From assembly GCA_020891255.1 (NCBI GenBank), contig BQFW01000008.1, positions 1,488,001 to 1,552,000 of the forward strand: 64,000 nucleotides of DNA, read 5' to 3'. Position 1 is the first letter of the stretch; each line of letters starts with the position of its first letter. Both the position numbers and the translations under genes were made by a program. Source of the DNA: Entomortierella parvispora E1425. Lineage: Eukaryota > Fungi > Mortierellomycota. This document shows, one piece after another, positions 1 through 12,900 of the stretch. Below the pieces are notes generated by a model. The model was given only the letters and a program-made list of their open reading frames with translations. It ran no database searches and was not told the DNA's origin.

Positions 1-934
1 CTGTTAAACAAACTGGATGTAGTGTGTGAGAGAGAACATGAAGGCTGTGCTTTTGTTTTCTCAAATGTTCGGCTGCACGGAGGTTTGAAATAATCAATGA
101 CTGAGAATCTACCCCGTAGTTTTTCCTGCAAAAAGTGAGAATGTGGCTGCCCGATATTTTTTCTGCATGGCAATTGGTCTGTGCTTGTTGTCCATGGGGG
201 GGGGGGGGGAAGGACATCATGCACTTCTTTGTGAGCCAACGGAAAAGGAGATAAGTCGGCAAGGACCATATCTCTTGCGCAATGAACTTGTGTAATTCAG
301 TCATCCATTGACAACAGACCTTTTTTTTCTGACAGTTTTGAGTTTGGATGCCTGACTCGAAACGCAGATCTGTCATTGTACAAATCATCAAAGGTTTATC
401 AACTGCCCAGTTGCCCATGAATGCCTTCTCGCTTATATTCCAAAAATATGATTGCAAGTGGAAGGTTGGAGGGAAAGAGGGAGGGAAGAGATGCGATAGT
501 CTTTAGCATCCAACCTCTCACTCTCAAGCTCTCACCCTCACTCTTCTTTTACACAGCGATGATCTGAGTTGCAGACAGGCCCAAGCAGATAAAATGAAGA
601 GTATAAAAATTGAACTACCGCTTGGGGCGGATGGAAACGCTCTTGGAAGTGGCGCGGTCTGGACGAGATAGGACACCACTCAAGGAGAGATAAAGAGACA
701 GCAATTGGGTCTCTGATTGTCGACGACCGCGGATGATAGGGCGGGGAAGCAGCGGATATTAGCCGAGGACATTGTACCGAGTGAGACCTAAGAATGCAAC
801 CAAGAACAATGGCCAGGAAGGGTGGCAGGTGGGGCGACTTCGCAAAACCGTATGGGCCATCGAGGTTTTTGGAAAAAAAAAAAAAAAAAAAATTGCTTTA
901 GACGCTTCTCCACATTTTTTGTTATCTTCCTTCT

Positions 935-937
<3 letters not shown>

Positions 938-975
<38 letters not shown>
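938..975. repeat. (CT)19 microsatellite
   Basis: Read directly from the sequence. Confidence 0.9.
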
Positions 976-978
<3 letters not shown>

Positions 979-3117
979 CTCGCACCGTACCTTCTTTCTC
1001 TCCTCCCTCCCCTCCTTTCCCCCTCCTTCCCCCTCCTTGGCCCTCCTTCCTTTCCCTCTGCGCATATCCCCTCCTCCATCCACCCCCACATACCTCGCTG
1101 ATCGCACGCTACCCTCCCTCCGTTCACCACCACTCGCGCCACACTGCTATATCAACATCCCTTCTTCGCCTCACACCCACTTGGCTCAGGTAGGGCCAGA
1201 GCTATCCTTAAACAATTCGCCTTTTTCTCATCCTCATCGGCCACTGCACCCCTCCTGGCGATGGGCTTTGTTCGATTTGCTCATGAACCCAGCCAAACAG
1301 TACCCACATGCACAGAGACGATATTTTGCTTTGCCAACCCTGCTGACAGATACGACCGTTATCGGGGTTGCAAGTGGTTCCGTTTGCAATCTTTCATCCC
1401 TCAACTATTTTTTCTGGTCAATGCGGTCACTTCCGTGTTGAGCTCTATCAATCAAAAAAGAGGGGTGGTGAGTAGAGGGATGATGCTCTCATCTCGCCTT
1501 GGTGTTCTTGTCAACCTTGATTGTGGAGAGGGAGGGGGGGGTTCCAATAAACAGAGTCCGTTAGTACGAGGGTTCAGCCAAAAGGCCACAAGGCGTACGA
1601 GCTATCTCTTTGTGTGTTGCAAGACCGCAGTTTGTTTGTTTGTTTGGATGTTTGTGCCATGGTGTGTGTGTTGTTGTCCGTTTTTCCTTCCCCGCCCTTT
1701 TCTTTTGGTTTGTTCTTTTTTTGTTTCTGCCCTTCCTTTCGCTCTGACGCACGATCCACCCTTGGAAGGTGGTGGGGAGCAAGTCCAACTCGAACTGGCA
1801 GACATCTAGGGAGCGCAAGTCCGTGCCCTTTTTTTCCTGTCCTTTTCCTCGCCTTCGCAACGTCCCCATAGCTCGTTCCTGGCTTGCACCACCTCCAGCC
1901 ATGTCCCCTCCCTTGACTTGGCCGAGTGTTTGTTCAACAAACAACAAACAACAAACAACAACAGCAGACATCCACCCCTTGCATCCATCCCATCCCCAAC
2001 CACCTTTTCCCCATCCTCCTCCCCCAACGATCCTTCTCACGGTCTGGTCCTGTCCACATAAGCTCCCCTTTTGTCTTGCACAAAGATGGGCCAAAGATAA
2101 AAAAAAAAAAAAAAAAAAAAAGAAAAGGACCGAAAAAAAAAAAGAAAAAAAAAAAGTCAAATCAAACAGCGGACCATTCATGGGCCGCACAGTTGATTTT
2201 ACCTCCAATGCACAATGCACGGTCTTATCTCTCTCGCCACTTTTGCTCCAATGGCGCACCCTTCCTTGTGTTGCCTCGCTTCTCGCCTTGACCTCCCCCA
2301 CAATCTGCTCTCTCTGTTCGTTTATAACCACCATCACCACCGCACTTTTGGCTGACTTCTTTTTCTCTCCTCTCTCTCTTCTTTCTTGACTCTTTTCAAT
2401 TGCCGTCCTGGAACGCATCCTTCTCTCCTCCATCTGTCTGTGTCTGTCCGACTCCTTCGCTCTCTTTCCAGGTAAGCAATCGCGCATTGACACACCCACA
2501 CGTTCTACACCAAGCAGCTGCTCGCATCCAAACACGAGGATCCACCCTTGGCTGCGCTAGCTGCAGTCTTTTTCTTCTTGCCTGGATGCCTGGATACAAG
2601 TCAAGATGAACGGATAAAGACTGACTTTTTATCTCTCTTTCTCCCTCTCCCTCTCTCTCTCCTCTTTCCTCTTATCTCTTCACCCCTGCCTTCCTTCCTT
2701 CCTTCCCCCCTACCTCCTTCGTCTCCCCTATTTTTTATTTCCCTTCACCCATCTTCCCTTCCTCTCCTCACCTTCCTCCTTTCCCTTCCCTTCCTCCTGC
2801 CCTCCTCACCCTCCATTATCCTCTGCTTGCTATTCTCACCCACCCTCCTCCCTCCACCGATTCCTGTTTCTCTCTTGCGACCCCTCTTTTCTATTCCATC
2901 CACTCTCTCCTTGCTTTTCTCTGCGCGCGCGGCTGTCTTCTTTTCTTCATTTCGTCCCTTGTCTTTCCCTGCTCTTCCTCTTCTTCCTCTTCCCTCCCTT
3001 CTCTCCTTTTCTCATCACCTCTTCACACCGTCCAGATCCAGGCTCCTTTCCCTCCACTGCACGTCTCTTCTCAACCATTGCGCGCGCATACTCCCCACCT
3101 TCACACAAACGCGTTCA

Positions 3118-4947
3118 ATGTCTCTCTCCTCCACCCCCGCAGACTCGACTCCCAAACCCTTGGTCCTCTCCAGTCCTGACCGCGTCGTCTTCAGGGCCAT
3201 CCCTCACTCACTGGCCTCTACCAACAAAAAAGTCACCCTCTCCCTGCGACGATCTCCTGCGGTAAAGCCCTCTTCCATTCCCGCAGCTTCCTCCCCGACC
3301 CCAACAGCACTAGACACTCTCCCAGCCGTTGACACACCCGCGTCACCCTCTGAGCCTGCGACTGTGCCACCCAACCATCAGAGTCCAAACTCTCACAGGC
3401 GCAGCTCAAGCTCCACCACCACCCTCACCGACTTTGAGCTCCAGGCCACTACCTCAGCTCCATCGTTGTGTGAAACAAGCTCCTCTACCCTCGCCTCCGC
3501 CCCCAATACCAACCTCAGCAACAACGCACAATACCCACACCACACTTCCCCTCGGATCACCATCACCAGCCCAATGCGTAAACAAAGCACCCAGCCGCTC
3601 CTCAAGAACGGTCTGCCCATCAAATCAGCAATGAAAAGCCCTTTGGCCACCCCAAGTCCCAACAGCAACCACTCGAGCCCCATGGCCCTCTGCAGGCCGT
3701 CCTCCATTCGTTCCCATACCTCTCCCTCGCCTATATCCAGCCCAAAGTTTGTCCACTTCAACACTCAGCTGGAGCATGTCCGCCTCTTTCTTCAAGGGGA
3801 GATGCCCTCCTGCGTGTCTGAGCGTGAGACCATCATTGATTGCCGACCGGATGCAAGCCTGACCAGCGATGTCGAGCTGGCGCTGCTGAACTGGTCAGCC
3901 GTGGCCCCAGGCTCATTCCAGCCCGGCAACATTGATGCTGGAGCCAGCCCCCTCAAGGTGGAGAATGTCCAATTGTCAGAGGACCAGACAGCGCTCCGTG
4001 GCACAGTGTTGATCCACAACATTGCCTTCCACAAGCATGTCTCTGTTCGGTTCACAATTGACTTTTGGCAAACGCAAACAGAGGTGATGGCAGAGTATGC
4101 AGAATCCATCGCTGGAACGGCGTTGGACCGATTTGCGTTCGTAATTCCACTGGACATGGACAAGACGGCGGTGGAGAAGACGTTCTGCTTTGCGGTGCGC
4201 TACCAAGTCATTGGCCGGGAATTCTGGGACAGCAACAATGGAATGAACTACCAGCTGGAATGCAAGCGCGTGGTGACCGTCGCGTCGCCTGCTACGGTGT
4301 CGGATCTGTCCAAGCAGATGAACAGCATCTTGTTGGCCGCCCGCATGCCTGACTATGGCAAGCCTGTGCTCAAGAAGAAGCACGATTCGCGCTACGACTT
4401 TTCGACGTCGCTCTCTGCCGCCTATGGAGGTGGTCACTCTGCCTCCTCTTGGAACTCGACGCCCGCCTCAAAGACTGCCTACAGACCAAGCGAGTACATC
4501 TCCCCAGTGCAGTCTCCCCCAGGCTACCATCAGTCATTGTATGCATCCTCACCAAAGTTCATCAGCCCTTACCTCCTTGCGGCCTCGCCTCCCGACTTCC
4601 ACGTTGGATTCGAGCAACTCTCCATTGAGCATGCCGTGAGCCCTAACAAGAAAAACACTATGAAGTCTTGGGGTGAATATGACTTGGATGCACCAGTGCC
4701 CGTGACACCTACGCGCTCTCAGTCATACCCCTCTGGCTTCTATGGATCATCCCCAAAGTTGTCGTCCTCTCCCATCTCGATCCCTTCTGGACAAGCCCCT
4801 TCCAACCGACCAGCAGTTGGATCTTCCAGCTACTTTGATCTCGTTGATCGCTACTGCTTTTATGAGCCTGGCCAACACTCGAGCCCTTATACAAGTCCCT
4901 ACTCAAGCTACCCCAACTCTCCTCCAGCGCCTTGTATTCGTGGCTGA
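3118..4947 (+). CDS. CBM21-domain protein phosphatase 1 glycogen-targeting subunit (Gac1/Gip2-like), single coding exon
   Basis: The ORF has an RVxF PP1-docking motif (PKFVHF) followed by CBM21 motifs (GTVLIHNIAFHKHVSVRFTIDFW; FAVRYQVIGREFWDSNNGMNY). First ATG is at 3118; the ORF-track extension from 2548 is CT-rich leader read from a non-ATG codon. Confidence 0.88.
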   Translation: MSLSSTPADSTPKPLVLSSPDRVVFRAIPHSLASTNKKVTLSLRRSPAVKPSSIPAASSPTPTALDTLPAVDTPASPSEPATVPPNHQSPNSHRRSSSSTTTLTDFELQATTSAPSLCETSSSTLASAPNTNLSNNAQYPHHTSPRITITSPMRKQSTQPLLKNGLPIKSAMKSPLATPSPNSNHSSPMALCRPSSIRSHTSPSPISSPKFVHFNTQLEHVRLFLQGEMPSCVSERETIIDCRPDASLTSDVELALLNWSAVAPGSFQPGNIDAGASPLKVENVQLSEDQTALRGTVLIHNIAFHKHVSVRFTIDFWQTQTEVMAEYAESIAGTALDRFAFVIPLDMDKTAVEKTFCFAVRYQVIGREFWDSNNGMNYQLECKRVVTVASPATVSDLSKQMNSILLAARMPDYGKPVLKKKHDSRYDFSTSLSAAYGGGHSASSWNSTPASKTAYRPSEYISPVQSPPGYHQSLYASSPKFISPYLLAASPPDFHVGFEQLSIEHAVSPNKKNTMKSWGEYDLDAPVPVTPTRSQSYPSGFYGSSPKLSSSPISIPSGQAPSNRPAVGSSSYFDLVDRYCFYEPGQHSSPYTSPYSSYPNSPPAPCIRG

Positions 4948-5449
4948 GGAAGAAGGGGACCCCTTCAGCCTTTTACTCACTCAACCTTCTCAATCTTTGT
5001 TTGCTTGTTCTTCATTGCCCGCATTTTTATTTTGTTTTTTCTCCTGTACCATATTCCCTTTCTTGTTCACTTGATTGAATCTCTGTATTTCTTTGTGGTT
5101 TCCTGTTCATCGCTTCCGCTTTTCGCTTTCCTTGTCGTCCTTCGTTGCGTGTAGAAACTGCTACTTGTATTTGTACCTTTGCTCATATTTGAACTTTACG
5201 ATAAAACAATTGATAGCTCCCTCTCTCTTTCTCTCTTTACAATCGCTCTTTTGGTCTTACAATATGAAAACGCGAGCTGCAGACTTTTGAACACAATCAA
5301 TCTTGATCGGCGCACGAACCATGGCCCTGTTTTCTTCCGCCCACATGCACACCTTCAAAACTTTACAGATCACGTGTAACCATGGCAGGCAGACAGGGGG
5401 TTCTTGACGTCGCAACGTTTATTAGGCCCTGTTATTTATTAATAATTAG

Positions 5450-8400
5450 TTAGACATGGGACGGTCCCAAGAACCATTGCACCACCACAGGACAGTCTCC
5501 CATTATCGGGTGGGCCACGACCCATTCTAAAAAGTACTCAAGCTCCCTCCGTCTCTTTTCCACAAACGCAGGACGGAATTTGCCCACCACCCGTTTCGGT
5601 GGAAGTTTGGGCAGTCCACGGATAATACTATTCTGTGGTGTGGCCAAAGTCCCTCTTGTTGCGCCGGGAGCTAAAGATCGAGTATTGTTTTCGTCTTCAC
5701 TGTCGTGACCGTCCACATGATCACCTTCCTCATCGTCCTCATCGTCCTCCTGATACGTCGACCCAAGACTCTGGGTCCGGGCAGGGTGGTGCCGTGGCTG
5801 ATCCAAAGTGCCAAAGGACGAAGGCGTATTCGATGTTGAAGCTGAAAACAATCGACGACGTCGCGATTGTTGGTAATTGCCACCGTTGACTCCTCGACTT
5901 TGGCGTCGGTCCTCGAAGGTCTCCACGAGTTGAGATCGTAGAGTCACAAAATCTGAGTAGCGCTTTCGAACTTGAATCACGCGCTTGGCCATAGGAGGTG
6001 CGCCATTCGAGTATCCAGAACTGTCTCCGCGGCCCAAAGGCGCTGCAGATGTCCCTGTGGACACTAACTGGCTCTCTGGCAAAGGCTGGATATCCATCAA
6101 GAGTCTCTCGGCCGAAGGACCCAGCCCAGGGAACGAGAGAGACCGTGTCATCATGAGCGACGCCATACTTGGAGGCTTGGGTTCAGACCTCTCGACTCCA
6201 AGCGGATCCGTCACATGGCCAGCATGTGCCGAATTCGCGCCATTGGCAAAGTCAACAAGTCGTCTCTGTGAACTTTCCAGTGACTCTGGCTGCCGTTGCT
6301 GTTGCTGCCAGTCTTGGTCTCTGGCGTTCGATGCTGCAGTAACGTCTTTGGTCGGATCGCAAAGTGTCAACGCTACAGTATAGACCGTGAACGAGCCAAT
6401 CCCCCGACCGATCCGGATAGGGTTTCCAATCGTTACAGAGTCTGCAAACGGCAGATGTGGTCCAGCACTGGTCTGTCGTTGGCTTTGTGACGAAGGTGAA
6501 GGTCGCCGTGAACGGGAGCGAGACCGTGAGCGAGATCGTCCTTGCCGCTGATGTTCCAATGCGTTAACGGAGAGCAATGGAGGAGGTGGCCGGTCAAAGG
6601 GCCAAGCAGAAGAAGCGAGTGAGCTAGAGCAACCGATATCAATAGGGGTCAAGGCTGGTTTGTTCCGGGCCTCGCCTCGCGTCCTGGATCTATTCCTGGA
6701 CCGTGATCTCGCGAGTCGGAAACGCCGTGATCGCTGTCGCCTCAGTGAACCACTTCCTCGCTGGAGATTGTCCTGACCTTCAAACTCCTCAGACTCCTAT
6801 TGAGTTAGAAAATGGGCAATGTGAATAAACACATAAAAGAGTCATACGGATAACAAGTGTAAACAGTGTGTTACCTCAGAAGGTTGATTGTTGCCCTCTC
6901 CTTCGTTCAACAATCCGTCATCCATCGAAACCTGACTCGGAATTCTTTGCAAAAGTCCCTTTCCTTGCAAAAAATACGGCTGAGGAACGGGCTCCGTGGG
7001 CGTGGGATTCATAGCCTTGTCAAGATCTCGTGCCAACTGTGAAATTTCTTCTTCAGACTCATCAGGTCGTGTACGCGACTTTGGCGTATGGCGAGCTACA
7101 GGACTAGTAATTTGAATAGGTGTGGGTTTGGCCTGTGTCCTGTGTAACTTTGGAGAGGCAGGGCTTCTGAGTTCTGAGAGAGATGATTCAGCTTGAGGTG
7201 GTGGTGGTGTTGATGTTGCTTCTCGAACCATTGTCGATTCCTCTTTTCCGCCGACAGCTGCACTAGGGGCATGGGCATGGGCGGGTGTTGATTGTAGTGA
7301 GGCAATAGACTCTTCTGCTACTGCTGTACTGTATCCTCCGATATTCCTAATGAGCCACGGCGCCGAAGTTTCTGAGTGCGAGGCTGGATTCTGTTCCATT
7401 GTCCTTGACTCCTGAAGTATGGTTGAAGCTGAGAACAACCCTCTAGGTACACGCCGTTGCTGTGGTGGACTAGGGAGTGTCTCAGTCCTTGGACTTGCTG
7501 TTCTTTCTTGCTCTACACTGCGCCGAGACTTGAATGTAGAATTTGCTGTTGGGGAGCTAAAAGGTGCATCCAATGGAGAGGAGATGGGGGTCGAGAGTGA
7601 TGCTGCAGACGAGAGCGATGACGATGTTGCTGCAGAGTTCAACGAGTGATCAGGCTGTGTACTCTTGGCTACTGGCTTGCTGGGAACAGCGATAGTGGTA
7701 GCTATGGACAGAGGTCCATCGCTGACCGATGTCAATGTTGAAGTCAATGTTGGTTTGACCACAGTTTCCGGACTTTTTTGGGTCGGGGTGGGCGAAGCAA
7801 GGGGGGAAGATAGTGGATCATTTGCTGTCATGTCTGTTAACATTGATAGGCGGGTCGCAGTTGCACGTCCAGGCGAGGAGAATGGCGACTGAGCTGTAAA
7901 CTTGGGTGAAGTGGAAAAAAGACCCAACGGGTGCCGATGGACTGATCCTGTTATGGGTGGGGTCCCTGGTCTCAACGGTCCTGATCCGGATCCAACGCCT
8001 GCGGGGATTGGGAGTGAACGCGAGGGATCTGGTCTGGAAGCTGACATCGCTAGTGATCCACCCTTGGGAACTTTTTTGTTGCTCTGCAATAAGGCCCTTG
8101 CTTCTGGATCAGAGGCAACTACATTGCAAAGAGATTGTTTTTGTCAGCCCTGCCGCAAGGATAAACCACTGAAGGCAAACTAGATAGCAGAGTATCGCCG
8201 TCTTACTGCTGAGGGCTTCCCGAACAAGTTTCTGCAACTCCTCCATGGGCTCTCGCAAGATGCGAGGTTCATCCTCGTCCTCGATATCCTCGACATGTTC
8301 CAAGGCACCCTTCAACCTCTTGCTGGTCTCCCATATGCTTCGGCGCAAGTCAATAGCTGCAGGGGATAGAAAATGAATTAGCAGTTGAGGCCGCTCCGTT

Positions 8401-8586
8401 CGTTTTTCCTGGGGATGATGCAGCGTGGTGTGGTATCGAGACAAGACTATTTTTTGCTTCGCCCGTACCTTGCTGGCATTGCTCTGATCGCACTGCTTCA
8501 ACATCGGGTGTCAAGGACACATCGGCATCTTCGATTTCAGCTAGAATCCTGTCGCTCTTGCGCTGTAGTAATGCTGAATGTTGCAT
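5450..8586 (-). CDS. PX-domain protein (Ypt35-like C-terminal PX) with long disordered N-terminus; about 4 exons, start codon uncertain
   Basis: PX motifs VRKRYSDFVTLRSQL and LPKLPPKRVVGKFRPAFVEKRRRELEYFL. ORFs 8350-8721, 8109-8504, 6842-8089 and 5450-6652 join in frame through GT-AG introns near 8467-8362, 8204-8120 and 6876-6799 (the last has CTAAC and TAG). Confidence 0.75.
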
Positions 8587-9057
8587 GTAGAATGAACAAT
8601 CTTCATTAGTCCCATGGTCAAAAGAGACTGAGAGCGGTTTGGTATGCAGCGCATCGCAACCGTCGCCGTCAGGGGAAGTTGCTGACAAGAAAAGGAAAGG
8701 ACCCCCTTTTATTGTTCGCACTTACTGCTCGCTTTCTGTGCCAGCGTCAACAAGTCTCTGGCAGAAGTTCGCAGGTCTACACCCATCCACGCGGACAAGG
8801 TTGGGGGAAGGAGAGATGAGGGAGATTCCGAATGTGGTGTCGCTAGCGCAATGGTTTTGTTCTTTTCCTAGCAGTCTTTTTGCAAACACGCGCGCACAAA
8901 GAGAAAGAGAGAGAGAGACGAAGGGACAAATAGACAGAGGCAGGAGGGATGGGGAGAAGAGGGGGAAGGGGAATGCAGTAACCACAGCAGTGGATGAGGA
9001 CGACTATTTGTTGGGTGTGGACAAGGAAGAAGAAAAGGCCAGATGCTGACTCCTTGC

Positions 9058-9085
9058 AGGTCAGGTCAGGTCAGGTCAGGTCAAG
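9058..9085. repeat. (GGTCA)5 pentamer tandem repeat
   Basis: aggtcaggtcaggtcaggtcaggtcaag, in the divergent PX/ABCG intergenic region. Confidence 0.8.
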
Positions 9086-9903
9086 TCTTGGCGGACATGC
9101 GGCTCTCTTCTTGGACCTTGAGTCCTGCTCTGTCTGCAACACTCATGCAGCCATACAGTCCGACACAGACAGCACACCCAAGAATGCATATACAGTACTG
9201 TACCAAGACTGCATGTCTCTTGGTCATCCATTCCCCCTCTCCCATGGCTGCAATCAGCCTCCACTCCAGCCAAGCACTGGAATCACCCCACAGCAAATCG
9301 ATCGTTAAGGGGTCCCCGTCCCCAAGCACGCGCCATTCCCCCCTTTTCAGCGCAGAGCGGAACGCGTCGTGCTCTCTCTGTCCCTGTCCATACATGTCCA
9401 TGTCCATGTCGATGTCCGTCTGTATGTCTGCAGACGCGTACCCCAAGCGCGCCACAAGAGGGTCCTGTTCTGCTCCTCCCAGCCGAAGGTCCTTATCGTC
9501 GCCATGCATTCCCTTCAGCCCTGCCTGTGACCCCTCCCTCTTTATCCCTCATCTTCGCTGTTCCTTCTTCTCTGCCTTCCCTCCACCTCGCCTCTGAGGA
9601 TACCCTCCCCCTCTCTCCATTTCCATCTTTGGTTCTTTATTACTTCAGGGTCGCACCACAATTCCTTCAGCAAAACCTTTTCTTTCTCTTCGGTAATTCA
9701 CTGCTCCCCCCTCACCCCTCCTAGGTCTCAACACTTCCAACCTCAGCAACCTTGCTGTTACTTACTCACCCAATCACCCTGCCCTCTCTGTCAACCCTTG
9801 TGCTTGCCAACAACTTCTTCACATCATATACCCTCAGCGCCGCCTTGCTTTTGAAAGTTGTACTCTACTCATTTTTCGACAAAGAGGTCAACTGATATCG
9901 GCG

Positions 9904-12900
9904 ATGGGAATCAAAAGCGAAAAGGAGGACAATAAACTCCTCCGAAGAGATAAAAAGGCAAACAAGAAGAGTCATGGCAACCACCATGAAGAGCATGCGG
10001 ACAGTAACAACCGTCAGCGTCAATCTCAGCGTGGATCGCAAAAGGTCTTAGCGCAGGCCCCATTTGACCTGGAATCTCTAAGCAACCTTGCCCTTCATAC
10101 ACCCCTACCAGCTGGTCTAAAGTTCCCTAAAGAGCTAAGTCTGGAGCAGTTGCAAAAAATCATCAATGAGTTTCATACCGAAGAGACAAGGACCGATCTG
10201 CTCTCAAATCTCCCGTTGAGCTTTGAACCCGAGAAGAGTGTCTTCAGCTTCATATACACTATGAACACGTTCAAGGACCCTACAGTGGTAAGTCTCACGC
10301 ACTTGATCAAAACCACTGGCATGCATGTTTGTAATAACTCGCGATCTATTACCTTTCCAATAAATAGCCTGGGTTGCCAGGATGTCCTGTAGCTGGTACT
10401 CCGACAAGCTCTGATGATACTGCCTCCGGCTTAGTATGGGAGTGCGAGGCTGGGTAAATACCAATCAACTTTCATTAACCTATTCACGAGAGGGGTTCCA
10501 TCCCAAATGTAAGCGTACTGACATGAGCAAACAACAACTTTTAGAAACTTTTGCGTAGCCCCCAATGTGTCTGTTCCCTGTTTGCCTGGATTCTACTGTC
10601 CTGCGAATACAGCTCAGCCAACTCTATGCTGCAAAGGCTATCTCTGTAGCGCAGACACGAAGACAATCGAAATCTGTCCAGCGGGTTACTTTTGCCCATA
10701 TGCTTCTACTCGTGCGGTAAATACACAGATGGCCGCCATCTGGTAGATTATGAAGGGTTTTTTTCATCATCTGAACGTCACTAATACAGTTGTTTTTACA
10801 CCCATGATGGCCTTGCACCTCTGAAAATAGCTACCTTGCAACTTTTTGGCGTTTTGTCCTCGCGGATCCATGACCATCGAAAAATATGGTCTCGGAGCGA
10901 TTCTATTCGCATTTGCTTTGATGGTGATGAGTGTCTTCGCCGTCAAAAAGCGTATTTTCAGGGCTCAGCGACTCCGATACCGGCAACGACTACGAGAATT
11001 GGGTGACAACAGCGATGATCTTGCTAGTGAGAAGCGTCAAAAAAAGGAGGCCGCCCAACTGGCTCAGTCCATCATCTTGGAAGATCAGCGCAAGGCCTTG
11101 AGTGGATCTCAACAAGCTCGAGATCGAGAGGCTGGTTTGGATTTTGGTCAGGCGAGCCACCGAAGTTTGGCTTTAGCGGCTGCAGCGGCAGGAAACATGA
11201 ATGTCAGCACGATGAGTCTTCCAAAGGCGGAGCGATCATTTGATATCCGATTTGAGGAGTTGGGATTGACACTGCCCACTGGTGTCGATATTATTAAGGT
11301 AAGAAATGACTGATCATTTTAGAGTAATACAGCAATCTTTCCTAACGGTTGTATTTCTCATGATGATAGAACATCAGCGGCAGATTGATTACTGGACGAA
11401 CATGTGCAGTCATGGGACCTTCCGGGGCGGGAAAGACTACGTTCCTGTCCATCCTGGCTGGAAAAGTAGCCAAAACGGAGGGTAGTATCAAGGTGAATGG
11501 GAAGGAACAGACACTGAGCCTTTGGAAGAAACTTATTGGATTTGTGCCTCAAGAAGATGTGATGTTATCGGATCTGTCTGTTCGTGAAATTCTCATGGTA
11601 TGGAAATTCGCCTTGACCGTCTTTGAGATTGACTGAATTTTGATCAATTATTGAGCTAAAAAAAACTAACTCTCTTTTCCTGCGACATGTGTCTGAAGCA
11701 CTCTGCAAGAATGAGGCAGCCAGTTCACATGAGCCACAATGAGAAGCGTCTCAAGGTTTTGGAGGTCATCCAGTTCTTGGGCTTGGGTCATATCATGGAC
11801 AACCCCATTGGCGATGTCGAAACACGTGGCATTTCTGGAGGCGAAAGGAAGCGCGTCAACATCGGCATGGAACTAGTAGCGTCTCCTTCCATCCTGTTTT
11901 TGGATGAACCTACGTCGGGTCTCGACTCTGCTACATCTCTCGAGGTCTGCAAGTTGCTAAAGCAAATTGCACAGGAGCAGTTCTTGACGGTGGCGGCCGT
12001 GGTCCATTCACCATCCCCTCACGCTTTCAACCAATTCGATGACTTGGTTCTTCTGGGATCTGGAGGTCGTGTTGTGTACTCTGGTCCTAGAGATGAAGCT
12101 GCAGAGTACTTTGAGAGCATTGGCTATCCCATGCCGGATGACGAAAGCCCTGCGGATTTCTTTATCGCACTGGCCGCAGGCAGGGTCGAAAAAAAGAACC
12201 GAAGAGGCAACGGCTACGACAGTCAGGAGGAAGAAGATGTGTATGACCAACAGGACAACGTAAAGCCCAAAACCCCCAGAGAACGCACCCGAGAGCTCTT
12301 CAATGAATGGGAGGCCCACTGCAGAAACAAGGTCCTTGCGAAGAACCTGGAAAAACACGCCATTCATGAGAGCGACACCATGATAACAGTGAGATTGTCG
12401 AACGATGGATCTGCGGAGGGATCGCCCACACAGTCGGCACAACATCCTCATGGCTCATTGAAACAATCAAGTTTGTATCCCCATGAAAGAGACAGTTCTG
12501 AAAAGTCCTTGCCACAGCAGGAGCTCGACTGCCATGTATCCACCATGGCCCTCCACCAGCCTTCACGCCCGCAATCACCCACCTTTAGCGTCGCCATTTC
12601 AAATCTGGCAGGCTCTTCTACTGACACGCGTGACAGCGTAGATGCACTCAGGAGTACTAAGCAGGGCATCTTGACATCTATCCGTTTGTCATTTATTTCG
12701 ACATGGGCTGATATCTCCTACTGGGTCCAAGATGTGGCCGAAGAGATGGGCCATTGGCTATGGAGTATTCGATGCAAGTTTACAGGCGAGAAAGATCCCG
12801 TTCGTGAGACCCCATCCTTTGGAAGTGTCTTTATCCTCTGGTATGATCATCCTTGGCCACAGTACTTTTGTTCTGCCAAATATACCTGATCACTGACCGA

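Noticed and set aside
1561-2535. 324-aa minus-strand ORF and neighbouring ORFs in 759-2600
   Set aside because: They are built from poly-A/T runs and CT microsatellites, have non-ATG or arbitrary starts and show no domain signal.
2548-3117. N-terminal extensions of ORF-track entries (also 32950-33306, 40163-40996, 53622-53819, 61153-61395)
   Set aside because: Stop-poor CT-rich leaders opened at TTG/GTG/CTG; the real starts are the downstream ATGs.
4968-4976. U5 loop-1 motif GCCTTTTAC
   Set aside because: There is no flanking stem or Sm site, and it lies in the CBM21 gene 3' UTR.
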